Part shown: piece by piece, positions 20,151-30,989 of the stretch
Numbering within the stretch: the stretch's first letter is position 1
How the letters are laid out: each line of letters opens with the position of its first letter
DNA from: Coleofasciculus sp. B1-GNL1-01
GTDB taxonomy: Bacteria > Cyanobacteriota > Cyanobacteriia > Cyanobacteriales > Coleofasciculaceae
Reading direction: 5' to 3' (one strand)
Length of the DNA stretch: 64,000 bases
NCBI GenBank assembly: GCA_040220235.1
Contig: JAVJTO010000102.1
The notes under the pieces: generated by a model
Databases searched by the model: none
The model's input: only the letters and a program-made list of their open reading frames with translations
Told to the model about the DNA's origin: nothing
Position numbers and translations under genes: made by a program

Positions 20151-20559
20151 TCAGGTTCGTTATCTGGTGATTGGGGGATATGCGGTGGCGCTGCATGGCT
20201 ATCCTCGCTACACGAAAGATATTGATATTTGGATTGAGATGTCGCTGGATAATGCTAATCGTATGATACAGGCGTTGCAGGAATTTGGATTTGCCTCTGT
20301 TGATTTACAGCCTCAAGATTTTATGGTATCCGATCAGGTGATTCAGTTAGGATATCCGCCAAACCGAATTGATTTGTTAACCACACCGGATGGGGTGGAT
20401 TTTGCCACCTGTTATGCAGCAAGGCTTGAGATTGAGCTCGCGGGTGTATTAGTGAACTTCATTGATTTAGAAAATTTGCGCGTCAATAAGCGGGCGTCGG
20501 GACGATTGCAAGATCTGGCGGATTTGGAAAATTTAGAAGCTTCTCCTCAGGACGAATAG
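20104..20559 (+). CDS. Pol-beta-superfamily nucleotidyltransferase (DUF6036-like)
   Basis: VIGGYAVALHGYPRYTKDIDI and KRASGRLQDLADLE. GTG 20104 is the probable start. Confidence 0.82.
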   Translation: MLNQDFKEFIQSLNDNQVRYLVIGGYAVALHGYPRYTKDIDIWIEMSLDNANRMIQALQEFGFASVDLQPQDFMVSDQVIQLGYPPNRIDLLTTPDGVDFATCYAARLEIELAGVLVNFIDLENLRVNKRASGRLQDLADLENLEASPQDE

Positions 20560-20656
20560 AGCAGATTGAGTTCGTTTAGGTTTCAACCTTTGCTGACCAT
20601 AAGAAATGATCTGACCATAATTTTCGTGCCGCAGGAGCACCGTTTTATGTTTGGAT

Positions 20657-20686
20657 GGTGCGTTACACTTCGTTAACGCACCCTAC
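20657..20686 (-). repeat. GTAG REP hairpin (same family as 6110/6361)
   Basis: ggtgcgttacacttcgttaacgcaccctac. Confidence 0.75.
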
Positions 20687-20699
20687 AGCTAGCTAAGCA

Positions 20700-21179
20700 C
20701 CAGCGACTTTCGTCCAACCCATTGTTATGTGGCATTATCGCGTAGTCGTTTGAAGTACACCAGTTCCGGATCGCCGTCGTCCAGGTTTTCGATGAGGCCA
20801 CTTCGAGCAAATTCCAGCGTTGCCAACAGCCGCTGCATCGGGACATTGGATTGATTCGTCGATGTGAACAGTTTGGGTGTGCGGCATTCGTTGATCAAGT
20901 GGCGGATCAACGAAGAACCGATTCCCTGACCCCTGAATTGCGGATGGACGTAGAGCATTTCAATCCAACCGTTGTCGTAGAACTTGTAGTTCAGGACGGC
21001 GTAGGCCACGACGTTCGCGTCGATGACGGCGATGTAACACGCGGACGATTCGATTTGCTCGTGAATAAACTGGACGCGTGCAACGTCAGATGCGGCGACG
21101 TGATCGAACCCGATGATCGCATCTGCATCGGTCGTTGTGGCGATTCGCAATTCCATAGGAGTATCGCAAGTCACATAAC
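20700..21179 (-). mobile_element. Integron-type gene cassette with truncated attC
   Basis: Begins GTTATGTG (21179-21172) and ends with the exact complement CACATAAC (20731-20724), which contains the stop codon. A 5-nt spacer and the L''-like GTTGGACG follow. Confidence 0.65.
20725..21156 (-). CDS. GNAT family N-acetyltransferase (atypical codon usage)
   Basis: LYVHPQFRGQGIGSSL and FTSTNQSN; C-ending codons dominate. ATG 21156 lies inside the cassette boundary. Confidence 0.88.
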   Translation of the reverse strand: MELRIATTTDADAIIGFDHVAASDVARVQFIHEQIESSACYIAVIDANVVAYAVLNYKFYDNGWIEMLYVHPQFRGQGIGSSLIRHLINECRTPKLFTSTNQSNVPMQRLLATLEFARSGLIENLDDGDPELVYFKRLRDNAT

Positions 21180-21185
21180 TATTCA

Positions 21186-21277
21186 TTATTTGACAAATTC
21201 GGCTAATTGTGGTTTCAAGTCTTGAGTCGTGTTTACTGTCGTGACTAGGGATTGTTCCGCCTCGGTGAAGGGTTCAG
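21186..21277 (-). pseudogene. Orphan alternative 3' end of the 22223-23761 kinase gene
   Basis: 43 bp (21235-21277) are identical to 22269-22311. Translates EPFTEAEQSLVTTVNTTQDLKPQLAEFVK*. Confidence 0.8.
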
Positions 21278-21778
21278 TTAAATGTGGGGATGGTGCGTTA
21301 CACTTGCGTTTCTGTTGAAATATCTGCGAAATGTAGGGTTGACTCAATTTTCGGTTGGGCGACAACAGGATGGGGTCGAGATTGCGCGGGTATCGGTTGG
21401 ATATCCGATTTTTTATTCGCGTTTGCAGGTTTGGGGAGGGATTGATGGGTGGACATGATAATGATAATTAGGTATAGGCGATGGGAATAGAACCAGGTTA
21501 ACAAGTCCCCCGATGATGGGTCAGCCTCGGTTTGATAAATCTTTATATCCTTGGGCATAAAAAAATCCCAGAACCAACCGTAGGGGCGCACCGACGTGCG
21601 CCCTTTGACGTGCGCCCTTTGCCGACGCACTGACGTGTGTCCAGATAACCCTGGTATTCCAAATAACGAACGTGCGATCGCTTTACCCAAGTAAGGGTTT
21701 GAGACTTGTTTACAAAACTTAGTACAGAGCCGTTTTCTTTTGTCCGACTACTTATCAATAGGCTTTTAAGGGAAATTT

Positions 21779-21842
21779 AATATCTGAACGACCATTCAGG
21801 TGTTATGCTAAAAAAAAATATCTGAAGACTTGTTCAGATATT
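21779..21842. promoter_or_regulatory. Two SmtB/ZiaR (ArsR-family) 12-2-12 operators
   Basis: aatatctgaacg-ac-cattcaggtgtt (21779-21804) and aatatctgaaga-ct-tgttcagatatt (21817-21842), directly upstream of the metallothionein. Confidence 0.85.
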
Positions 21843-21869
21843 GAGTCAAACACTATCGTGGAGAGAAAG

Positions 21870-22037
21870 ATGACAACTGCCACTCAAACGCAATGTGCCT
21901 GTGATTCCTGCGCGTGCATGGTGAGTACCGATTCAGCCGTGCAAAAAGACGGCAAATATTACTGTAGCGACGCTTGCGCTAACGGTCATCCCAACGGAGC
22001 TGGCTGTGGGCATTCTGGTTGTGAATGTCACGCTTAA
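21870..22037 (+). CDS. smtA: Metallothionein, 55 aa (absent from the ORF track)
   Basis: MTTATQTQCACDSCACMVSTDSAVQKDGKYYCSDACANGHPNGAGCGHSGCECHA; RBS ggag. Confidence 0.95.
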   Translation: MTTATQTQCACDSCACMVSTDSAVQKDGKYYCSDACANGHPNGAGCGHSGCECHA

Positions 22038-22222
22038 TCGGGCGCATTTTCAGGGATTGCCGATCTTATGGACAGATAGAAACCACTCCAGGTACAGAAG
22101 AATCGCTGTGTCTGGAGTGGTTCTTGTCTCTTCTTTGACAGAGGGTCAACATCGAGCGAAGTCGAGATGTTAAAACCATTGCAAGAAAGCCTATTCCCTA
22201 TTGCCTCTCCCCACCACAAGAC

Positions 22223-23761
22223 TTATTCAGCAGCCCCTAATTGAGATTGCCAATTTTGAGTCGTGTCCACTGTCGTGACTAGGGATTGTTCCGCCTCGGT
22301 GAAGGGTTCAGCCGTGGCTTGTTGGCGACTGAGTAAATCAGTAGTTGCATCAGATACATCTCCAGTGCGGGATGAGAGGCGATCGCGTAGGACTTCAATA
22401 GGGGCGGTGCAGTGTAGAATCCGCAAGGGTAACTGATGTGCCTGGGCTTGAGTGATCGCATCCCCTCGAAATGCCTGTCGATCATACTTCGCATCAAGAA
22501 TCACCGGGAAGCCTTGCTGTGCTAACATGATGCCCAATTCCAACAGGCGATTGTATGTTTTCTGGTTCATCTGGGGAGTATACAGTTGATCAGATCCTTT
22601 TTGCTCCAACGGAATACCCGCTAAATGTTTCCGTACTGCATCAGATCGCAGGTGAATCGCTCCCAACTGCTGCGCCAATTGTCGCGCTACTGTACTTTTC
22701 CCCGAACCCGATAACCCGGACATAATCACAACTTGTCCGGAATTCGTTTTCGTGTAGTCCCAAGCCAACCGATAATAGTCGGCGGCTGTTTTCGCCGCAT
22801 CTTGTTTCGTCTCCTCCGGAACCGCTGAATCATCCAATAAAAATGAGGTGACTTTCGCCCGCACATAAGCTTGGCGACATAAGTACAAAGGCAATACCTG
22901 TAACCCTTGCCAATCTCCAGTTTGCTCCAAATAGGTATTCAGAAACACATTCCCCAACTCCTTAGCCCCCCGCGCATCCAAATCCATCACTACAAAAGCG
23001 ATATCGTACATCACATCCACAAAGCGGAACGGTTCATTAAATTCAATCCGATCAAACAGTTGAATCTTATCCTGCCACAGGCAAATATTTCTCAGATGCA
23101 AATCCCCGTGACATTCCCGAATCCGGTTATTGTCTAGGCGCTGTTCTAATAACGCCTCTCGTTGGGCAAAAAAGCGATCGCTAAATTGTTTCGTTTCTTG
23201 AAATTGCTCTTGGGTTTGCGCCCTACCAATATAGTTTTCCGTTTGCTGATAATTTTCGACAAATGCCTCACGAATTTTGGCAGGTGTACCGAAACTGCGG
23301 ATATAGTCATTGGTTTGGCTTTGACCATGGAATTGAGCCACGACTCGTCCCAGGTTCTCCATATCCGTTGCCGTCAATTTGCCTTGCTCGAAGCGCGTGC
23401 TAAACAAGGCATCCTGGGGGAATTGGCGCATTTTCAAGGCATACTCTACAGTCTGAGAGTCATCCCCTAGAATCAAGCGATCGCCCTTTTGACTAATCGG
23501 CAAGACATCCAGATAAATCTCCGGTGCTTGGGGTTTATTCATCTGCAACTCTTGCCAACAGAAATGCTCTCGTTTCTCCAATGTGGAAAAATCTAAAAAG
23601 CTAAAGTTAACCGCTTTCTTGACTTTATAGGCATAATCCCCCGTGAGAAATACATAAGACACATGAGTCTGAATCAAATCAATCGGTGTTTGAACCGGAT
23701 GAGGATAAAAATCCGGTTGCTTCATTTGATGAATTAGATCCGAAATAGGGCGTTGTGACAT
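22223..23761 (-). CDS. Bifunctional aminoglycoside-phosphotransferase-like / AAA_33 gluconate-kinase-like protein
   Basis: QTHVSYVFL, ECHGDLHLRNI, FDRIEFN, GLSGSGKST and RSDAVRK. Confidence 0.9.
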   Translation of the reverse strand: MSQRPISDLIHQMKQPDFYPHPVQTPIDLIQTHVSYVFLTGDYAYKVKKAVNFSFLDFSTLEKREHFCWQELQMNKPQAPEIYLDVLPISQKGDRLILGDDSQTVEYALKMRQFPQDALFSTRFEQGKLTATDMENLGRVVAQFHGQSQTNDYIRSFGTPAKIREAFVENYQQTENYIGRAQTQEQFQETKQFSDRFFAQREALLEQRLDNNRIRECHGDLHLRNICLWQDKIQLFDRIEFNEPFRFVDVMYDIAFVVMDLDARGAKELGNVFLNTYLEQTGDWQGLQVLPLYLCRQAYVRAKVTSFLLDDSAVPEETKQDAAKTAADYYRLAWDYTKTNSGQVVIMSGLSGSGKSTVARQLAQQLGAIHLRSDAVRKHLAGIPLEQKGSDQLYTPQMNQKTYNRLLELGIMLAQQGFPVILDAKYDRQAFRGDAITQAQAHQLPLRILHCTAPIEVLRDRLSSRTGDVSDATTDLLSRQQATAEPFTEAEQSLVTTVDTTQNWQSQLGAAE

Positions 23762-23808
23762 ATCGCTTAATCTACACAAAAATAACTCTTATAACCAGTG
23801 ATGAATAA

Positions 23809-23843
23809 TAAAAAAGCCAGGGATAATCTAGTGTTCCCTGGCT
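23809..23843 (-). terminator. Intrinsic terminator after rplY
   Basis: Stem agccaggga/tccctggct followed by a T-run on the minus strand. Confidence 0.6.
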
Positions 23844-23864
23844 CAAAAAACGATGTCTCTAACG

Positions 23865-24503
23865 TTAAATTTCTTCTTCTTCTTCTCCGTTCGCTAACAA
23901 GGACATTGCTTCATCCACCTCAGATTCTTCAGAGGGTTCAGCTGGCATCGTGGGCGCACCCAGGATATTAACAACAGTTCGTTGGGGATCATCCATCGCG
24001 GTAGCACCTGCTGGCAATAGAATTTCATGAACATGCAAGCTGGCACCGATATCCAAGTTGGAGATATCAACCTCAATGGCTTCTGGAATATTATCCGGAG
24101 CGCATTCAACTTGAAGTTCCGTCATCACATGTTCTAAAATGCCGCCTTGCTTCACGCCAAACGCTGTTCCCACCAAATTTACAGGTAAGGAGATTTGGAT
24201 AGTATCCTGACTTGCCACTGAGAAAAAACTCAGGTGATAGAGGATTGGTTTCCAGGGATGAGTTTGTACTTCTCGCAGCAGCGCTTTTCCCTTCCAAGAC
24301 AGGTCAGGAATGTTGACCTGAACAGCGGTATGATTAATATCAGCCTGCTTGAGTAAGGTTTCTGCGGCTTTAGCTTCAACCGTGAGTGCGACAGATTCAG
24401 CCCCCTTATGACCATAGAGTGTTGCTGGGATTAAACCCTCTCTACGTAAGGCTTTGGGCTTACTTCCCTCGGCTCGCTTGTGACATTCAACTTTAACTTC
24501 CAT
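23865..24503 (-). CDS. rplY: 50S ribosomal protein L25/Ctc
   Basis: LRREGLIPATLYG, EVQTHPW and GVKQGGILE. Confidence 0.95.
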   Translation of the reverse strand: MEVKVECHKRAEGSKPKALRREGLIPATLYGHKGAESVALTVEAKAAETLLKQADINHTAVQVNIPDLSWKGKALLREVQTHPWKPILYHLSFFSVASQDTIQISLPVNLVGTAFGVKQGGILEHVMTELQVECAPDNIPEAIEVDISNLDIGASLHVHEILLPAGATAMDDPQRTVVNILGAPTMPAEPSEESEVDEAMSLLANGEEEEEI

Positions 24504-24587
24504 AGCTAATCTTTTGGCTCAAGTATTGGTGTTGGCGATTCTTTGTCAATCATTCGTCTTATGGTATGACATAAGACATAAGGCAAG

Positions 24588-25988
<1,401 letters not shown>

Positions 25989-26000
25989 TCAATCGATTTG

Positions 26001-26126
26001 GTCATTCGTCATTCGTCATTTGTCATTCGTCATTCGTTGCTCCCCTCCCTCATCTTCCCACACCCGACACCCGACACCCGACACCCGACACCCGACACCC
26101 GACACCCGACACCCTACACCCTACAC
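26001..26126. repeat. STRR heptamer arrays (gtcattY; cacccga x~7)
   Basis: Read directly in the sequence. Confidence 0.8.
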
Positions 26127-26133
26127 CGAAACC

Positions 26134-27003
26134 CTAGAAAACCTCCGGGACAAACGTTTGAGTAGACATAGGCGGACGGTGATACTCCAATTCTGGCTGT
26201 CGGGGGGGTAACTCAATCGGGTCTGGTGTTAAATCTTTATAGGGAATCAGACTTAACAGGTGAGAAATACAATTGAGACGGGCGCGTTTTTTCTCATCGG
26301 CTTCCACCACATACCAAGGTGATTGCTTAATATCCGTCGCCGCAAACATTTCATCCTTGGCTTTAGAATACTCCACCCAGCGAGCGCGAGACTCTAAATC
26401 CATCGGACTAAGTTTCCAGCGCTTGGTTGGATCTTCCATGCGGCTACGAAAACGGCGTTCTTGCTCATCGTCACTCACGGAAAACCAATACTTGATCAGA
26501 ATAATTCCCGATCGCTGAATCATGCATTCAAATTCTGGACACGATCGCAGAAACTCCTGATACTCGTCATCCGTGCAAAACCCCATCACTCGTTCCACAC
26601 CCGCTCGATTGTACCAACTGCGGTCAAACAGTACCATCTCCCCGGCGGCTGGCAAATATGGCACATAGCGTTGAAAATACCATTGAGTTTTCTCTCGCTC
26701 TGTGGGTGTACCCAGCGCCACCACTTTACACACACGGGGATTCAAGCATTCTGTAATCCGCTTGATCACGCCACCTTTTCCGGCTGCATCCCGCCCTTCA
26801 AAAACGACGACGACTTTTAATCCCTTTTGTTTAATCCATTCCTGTAATTTGACTAACTCAACCTGTAGCCGACGCAATTCCCGTTTGTAAACTTTCTTCT
26901 TCAATTTCTTGGATTTGCCTTTGTCGGTTTTCACTTTTTCTTTTTCTTTGACCAGGGAATTTGTTTGATCTGTCACTTTGTCGTTAGTTAACTTGTTGGA
27001 CAT
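26134..27003 (-). CDS. ppk2: Polyphosphate kinase 2
   Basis: FEGRDAAGKGG, FDRSWYNR and KRWKLSPMD. Confidence 0.95.
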   Translation of the reverse strand: MSNKLTNDKVTDQTNSLVKEKEKVKTDKGKSKKLKKKVYKRELRRLQVELVKLQEWIKQKGLKVVVVFEGRDAAGKGGVIKRITECLNPRVCKVVALGTPTEREKTQWYFQRYVPYLPAAGEMVLFDRSWYNRAGVERVMGFCTDDEYQEFLRSCPEFECMIQRSGIILIKYWFSVSDDEQERRFRSRMEDPTKRWKLSPMDLESRARWVEYSKAKDEMFAATDIKQSPWYVVEADEKKRARLNCISHLLSLIPYKDLTPDPIELPPRQPELEYHRPPMSTQTFVPEVF

Positions 27004-27079
27004 TATTTAAGATAGCTCTAGCTACTCTAGCTAAAGAAATTATAGAAAACCGCTATACGATATTTTTTTGTATCAAAAA

Positions 27080-27697
27080 TCACTCCCCAGCCTGAAAGAC
27101 CTGTTGAACCGTCAAATTTAGATCCGAGAATGTGGGTGAAACAATGCGGTCATTTCCCCTAAACTGAGTCACCTGGTATTCACCGTCAATCAGTTGGTAT
27201 ACACTAAATGTCGGTCGTTTGGGGTTGCCAATGTAACGCCTCCCCCCTAACCCCAGATAGTCCACAATCCAATACTCAGGAATACCCATCGCCTCGTAGT
27301 CTTCCAGCTTCAGCGCATAATCATCACTCCAATTGGTGGAAACAACCTCGACCACCAGACGTGCGGAAGATCCTTGAGTAATAATAGATTCCCGTTCCCA
27401 TCGGGGATCATCTCCGATAGTCTGGGAATTCAACACAATAACATCCGGTTCATAGCCAGACTCATAAGGGATGGGTTTAATCACACATTCTTTAGGAATA
27501 AAACTATTAAATGAAGCCCTTCTGATTTCAAAGTTTAGTTCAGCGATAAGGAAACCTGCTATCCGCGAATGTTTTCCCGTAGGTTTAGGCATTTCAATAA
27601 TTACTCCATTGTGAAGTTCATAATGGTGTTCTGACTTCTGCGGATACCAAGCAATAAATTCATCGAATGTTACAGGTTTAGGTAAGGCTTGAATCAT
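27080..27697 (-). CDS. Uma2 (DUF820) family endonuclease
   Basis: YELHNG, PDVIV, LVVEVVS and GIPEYWIVD. ATG 27697 is preferred. Confidence 0.9.
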   Translation of the reverse strand: MIQALPKPVTFDEFIAWYPQKSEHHYELHNGVIIEMPKPTGKHSRIAGFLIAELNFEIRRASFNSFIPKECVIKPIPYESGYEPDVIVLNSQTIGDDPRWERESIITQGSSARLVVEVVSTNWSDDYALKLEDYEAMGIPEYWIVDYLGLGGRRYIGNPKRPTFSVYQLIDGEYQVTQFRGNDRIVSPTFSDLNLTVQQVFQAGE

Positions 27698-28010
27698 GGT
27701 CTGTGGGGAGAAAGGTTTCTCAAGGATGATTTCCCCACTTGAGGAAACCATCCTCGTTATCTTAACTGGAATGGTACTGACGCATAAGCTGGCGTGGCAC
27801 AGCCCACCCTACGGGATATCAAGGGTTTCGGCAATCCCCATATACACGCTTTTCAGTGCCATTCATCTTAACTGGGCTTTGGCTAACGTCCGGCTTGGCT
27901 GACACACCCAATTTAGCGAGTATGACGTGAGCCTCCGATAAGGTAACATTGTATCAATTCCTGCAAATGTATCGATTTGTTAACAAACACCTGACGAACT
28001 ACAACTGTCT

Positions 28011-28697
28011 ATGCAAACCATCGTTGCTCCTCGCCTTCATCCCTCTCACCGAAATCCAGGACATCCCCTTAAACTGGTTGTCTTGGGAGATAGCCTGATC
28101 TATGGATTCGGTGATCCCGAAGGTGGGGGCTGGGTTGAACGGCTGCGACGCCAATACATGTTACCCGATAGTCCCGGTCATGTCCTCTACAATTTGGGCG
28201 TCCGAGGTGATGGTGTCAAGCAAGTCGAAGAACGTCTCGAACATGAGTTTCGCCGTCGGGGGGAACTGAGAAATCGCGTCCCTGATGCCATAATCTTGTC
28301 TGTAGGCGTGAATGATTCTGCCCGTGTCGGACGTCCTACGGGGCGGAATTATACAGACTTTGATAGCTTTCAACAGGAACTGGCAAATCTACTCGATCAA
28401 GCCCAGCGCTTATGTCCGGTTCTGTTTGTGGGGATGGTTCCTGTCGATGAGACGAAGATGCCTTTTCTGGATTGCTTCTACTATACTCATGCTGATCAGT
28501 ACCGCTACAAAGAAGCTACCCGTCTGGCTTGTCTGAGACGCCAGATTCCTTATCTGGATATTTTTGATGTCTGGATGAATCGGGGAACATCTTGGTGGAC
28601 AAAGCAACTGTCTTCAGATGGACTTCATCCCAATGTGATGGGTTACAGGGCGTTGTTAGAAGATGTTCTAGATTGGGAACCATTCCATCGACTTTGA
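28011..28697 (+). CDS. SGNH/GDSL hydrolase
   Basis: GDSL, NLGVRG, GVND and DGLHPN blocks. Confidence 0.92.
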   Translation: MQTIVAPRLHPSHRNPGHPLKLVVLGDSLIYGFGDPEGGGWVERLRRQYMLPDSPGHVLYNLGVRGDGVKQVEERLEHEFRRRGELRNRVPDAIILSVGVNDSARVGRPTGRNYTDFDSFQQELANLLDQAQRLCPVLFVGMVPVDETKMPFLDCFYYTHADQYRYKEATRLACLRRQIPYLDIFDVWMNRGTSWWTKQLSSDGLHPNVMGYRALLEDVLDWEPFHRL

Positions 28698-28838
28698 AAA
28701 ATTTTGTCTTATGTCTTATGTCTTATGTCTTATGTCATTGGTTATTGAGCTTACTCTATTTTATCCCGGTCAGCTATATTAAAGAACAAGGAACAGGAAA
28801 TGAAATAATCCATGTATTCAATAGAGCATTAGTCTTTT

Positions 28839-29678
28839 ATGCATCATCCCTCAGCAAAAGACGCCATGATAAACAGACTTAAGGTGCGAATTTATCAAAT
28901 CTTAGAGCGGACGGACATTAGGGGTACGGCTAGCCAGATAGTTGATATATTTATTTGGACATTAATTGCCCTCAACTTGATGGCTTTTACCTTGGAAACA
29001 GTTGATCAGATTTGGAATCAGTACAGACAATACTTTATCCTTTTTGAGGAGGTCTCAATTGCTGTATTTACCGTGGAATATATCTTAAGAGTTTGGATAT
29101 GTACAGTAAATCCGGACTATAAGCATTCGATCAGGGGACGGTTAAGATTCATGTTCACCCCTTTAATGCTAATCGATTTAATTGCGATTTTTCCTTTTTA
29201 TCTGCCGCTCCTATTCCCCGATTTGCGATTTTTAAGATCTTTACGACTATTCCGATTTTTTAGAATTTTGAAACTAAGCCGTTATTCAGCTTCATTAAGA
29301 ACATTAGGACGAGTAATTCGGTCAAAGAAAGAGGAATTAATTATAACCTTTTTTGTTTTATTTATCTTATTGTTTTGCGCCTCTAGTCTAATTTATTTTG
29401 CCGAACATGAAGCGCAGGCGGAAGCGTTCCCGAATATCCCCATGTCCATGTGGTGGGGTGTGATTACCTTAACCACCGTAGGCTACGGTGACGTCTATCC
29501 AGTCACGCTGATCGGGAAATTACTAGGTGCGACATTAGCGGTGCTGGGAATTGGTATATTTGCTTTACCTGCTGGTATATTGGCGTCTGGATTCTCGGAA
29601 GAACTTCAAGTGAGACACCCGCTCAAACGTAAGCGAACCGGAAAATTTTGTCCTCATTGTGGAAAACCCATTCATTGA
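28839..29678 (+). CDS. Voltage-gated-type K+ channel (ion transporter)
   Basis: TTVGYGD selectivity filter, Arg-rich S4 (RFLRSLRLFRFFRILK) and C-terminal CPHCG. Confidence 0.92.
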   Translation: MHHPSAKDAMINRLKVRIYQILERTDIRGTASQIVDIFIWTLIALNLMAFTLETVDQIWNQYRQYFILFEEVSIAVFTVEYILRVWICTVNPDYKHSIRGRLRFMFTPLMLIDLIAIFPFYLPLLFPDLRFLRSLRLFRFFRILKLSRYSASLRTLGRVIRSKKEELIITFFVLFILLFCASSLIYFAEHEAQAEAFPNIPMSMWWGVITLTTVGYGDVYPVTLIGKLLGATLAVLGIGIFALPAGILASGFSEELQVRHPLKRKRTGKFCPHCGKPIH

Positions 29679-29690
29679 TCCCCAATCTGA

Positions 29691-30533
29691 ATGTCTAATA
29701 CCAAAACAGAATGGCAAGGCAGTTTAGAGTTAGTTTATGCCGATGATCAAGGTGAAACCCGCTTAGTGCGCGATCGCATAACTTCCCCTCTGAAGGTGCA
29801 GCGCCCTTTTTACCCCGAAGGACAAAGAGTTTGTCATACGGTAGTTTTACATACAGCCGGGGGTATTGTCGGTGGCGATCGCTTGTCACAAACCATCCAC
29901 CTACAAGAAGATAGCCAAGCCTTGATTACCACGGCGGCGGCGAGTAAAATCTATCGCAGCAATGGACAAGCTGCCAAACAACAGATTCATATCCACGTCG
30001 AGGCGGGGGCTTGTTTGGAATGGTTACCTCAGCAAACAATTGTATTTAATGGTGCCATTTATCAGCAGCAGATGACGGTAGAATTAGCTCCGGGCGCCAG
30101 TTGGTTAGCCTGGGAGATTACCCGATTTGGGCGTACTGCTAGGAAGGAACGGTTCTTACAAGGGGATTGGCGATCGCATACCGAAATTTGGCAGCAAGGA
30201 CACCCATTGTGGATTGATCGTCAGTGGTTACCGGGAGGGGAAGCGGTACTCGATAGTCCCCATGGATTAGCTGGACAGCCAATTGTCGGAACGCTGATCT
30301 GGATCGGGCAACCTGTATCATCCGCGATCGTGGATAATGCTAGAAGCTTGTGGACAGCCAACCAACGCCAAGGAGAAGCCGGAGTGACCCAAACTCAGGA
30401 ACAAGGATTATTATGCCGTTATCGTGGTTCATCAACCACTGAGGTGCGACATTGGTTTACAGAGGTGTGGCAGTGTCTGCGTCTTACTTATCTGGGACGC
30501 ACGGTTTCCAAGCCACGAGTTTGGCTACTGTAA
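29691..30533 (+). CDS. ureD: Urease accessory protein UreD
   Basis: PLKVQRPFYPE, HTAGGIVGGD and LEWLPQ; adjacent to ureA. Confidence 0.93.
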   Translation: MSNTKTEWQGSLELVYADDQGETRLVRDRITSPLKVQRPFYPEGQRVCHTVVLHTAGGIVGGDRLSQTIHLQEDSQALITTAAASKIYRSNGQAAKQQIHIHVEAGACLEWLPQQTIVFNGAIYQQQMTVELAPGASWLAWEITRFGRTARKERFLQGDWRSHTEIWQQGHPLWIDRQWLPGGEAVLDSPHGLAGQPIVGTLIWIGQPVSSAIVDNARSLWTANQRQGEAGVTQTQEQGLLCRYRGSSTTEVRHWFTEVWQCLRLTYLGRTVSKPRVWLL

Positions 30534-30660
30534 GTAGGTGGGAAAATTAAAGTTAATGGCTATGATCGTCATTTGTCATTGGTCATTTGTCCTTTGTAAG
30601 AGTTTGAGGACTATGTACGAACTTTAATAGAGTTGATTTTAGCTGATTAAATCGCGTCTA
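30531..30660. mobile_element. MITE-family copy (taagtaggtggg...) with gtcattt heptamers
   Basis: Similar to the 7783 and 38241 elements; the right end is degenerate. Confidence 0.55.
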
Positions 30661-30683
30661 CTGTCTAATTATCCATTGCCATT

Positions 30684-30989
30684 ATGCAACTCTCACCCCA
30701 GGAAAAAGATAAATTACTGGTTTTCACCGCCGCCTTACTCGCGGAACGACGCAAAGCACGCGGACTCAAACTGAATTATCCTGAAGCCGTCGCGTATATT
30801 TCGGCGGCTATTTTAGAAGGGGCGAGAGAGGGACGCACGGTGGCGGAGTTAATGAGTGATGGAACCACTCTGCTAACACGGGATGATGTCATGGACGGCA
30901 TACCAGAGATGGTGCAGGAAGTCCAGGTTGAAGCCACGTTTCCGGATGGAACAAAACTCGTCACCGTTCATAATCCCATCCGCTCGTAG
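30684..30989 (+). CDS. ureA: Urease gamma subunit
   Basis: [11 protein letters not shown]...LNYPEA...[17 protein letters not shown]. Confidence 0.97.
   Translation: MQLSPQEKDKLLVFTAALLAERRKARGLKLNYPEAVAYISAAILEGAREGRTVAELMSDGTTLLTRDDVMDGIPEMVQEVQVEATFPDGTKLVTVHNPIRS

Noticed and set aside
21298..21758. ORFs of 130 aa and 71 aa
   Set aside because: Their 5' parts are translated REP/MITE sequence; only a possible fragment is noted in findings.
27943..27985. NtcA-like sites upstream of the GDSL gene
   Set aside because: No exact GTA-N8-TAC match.
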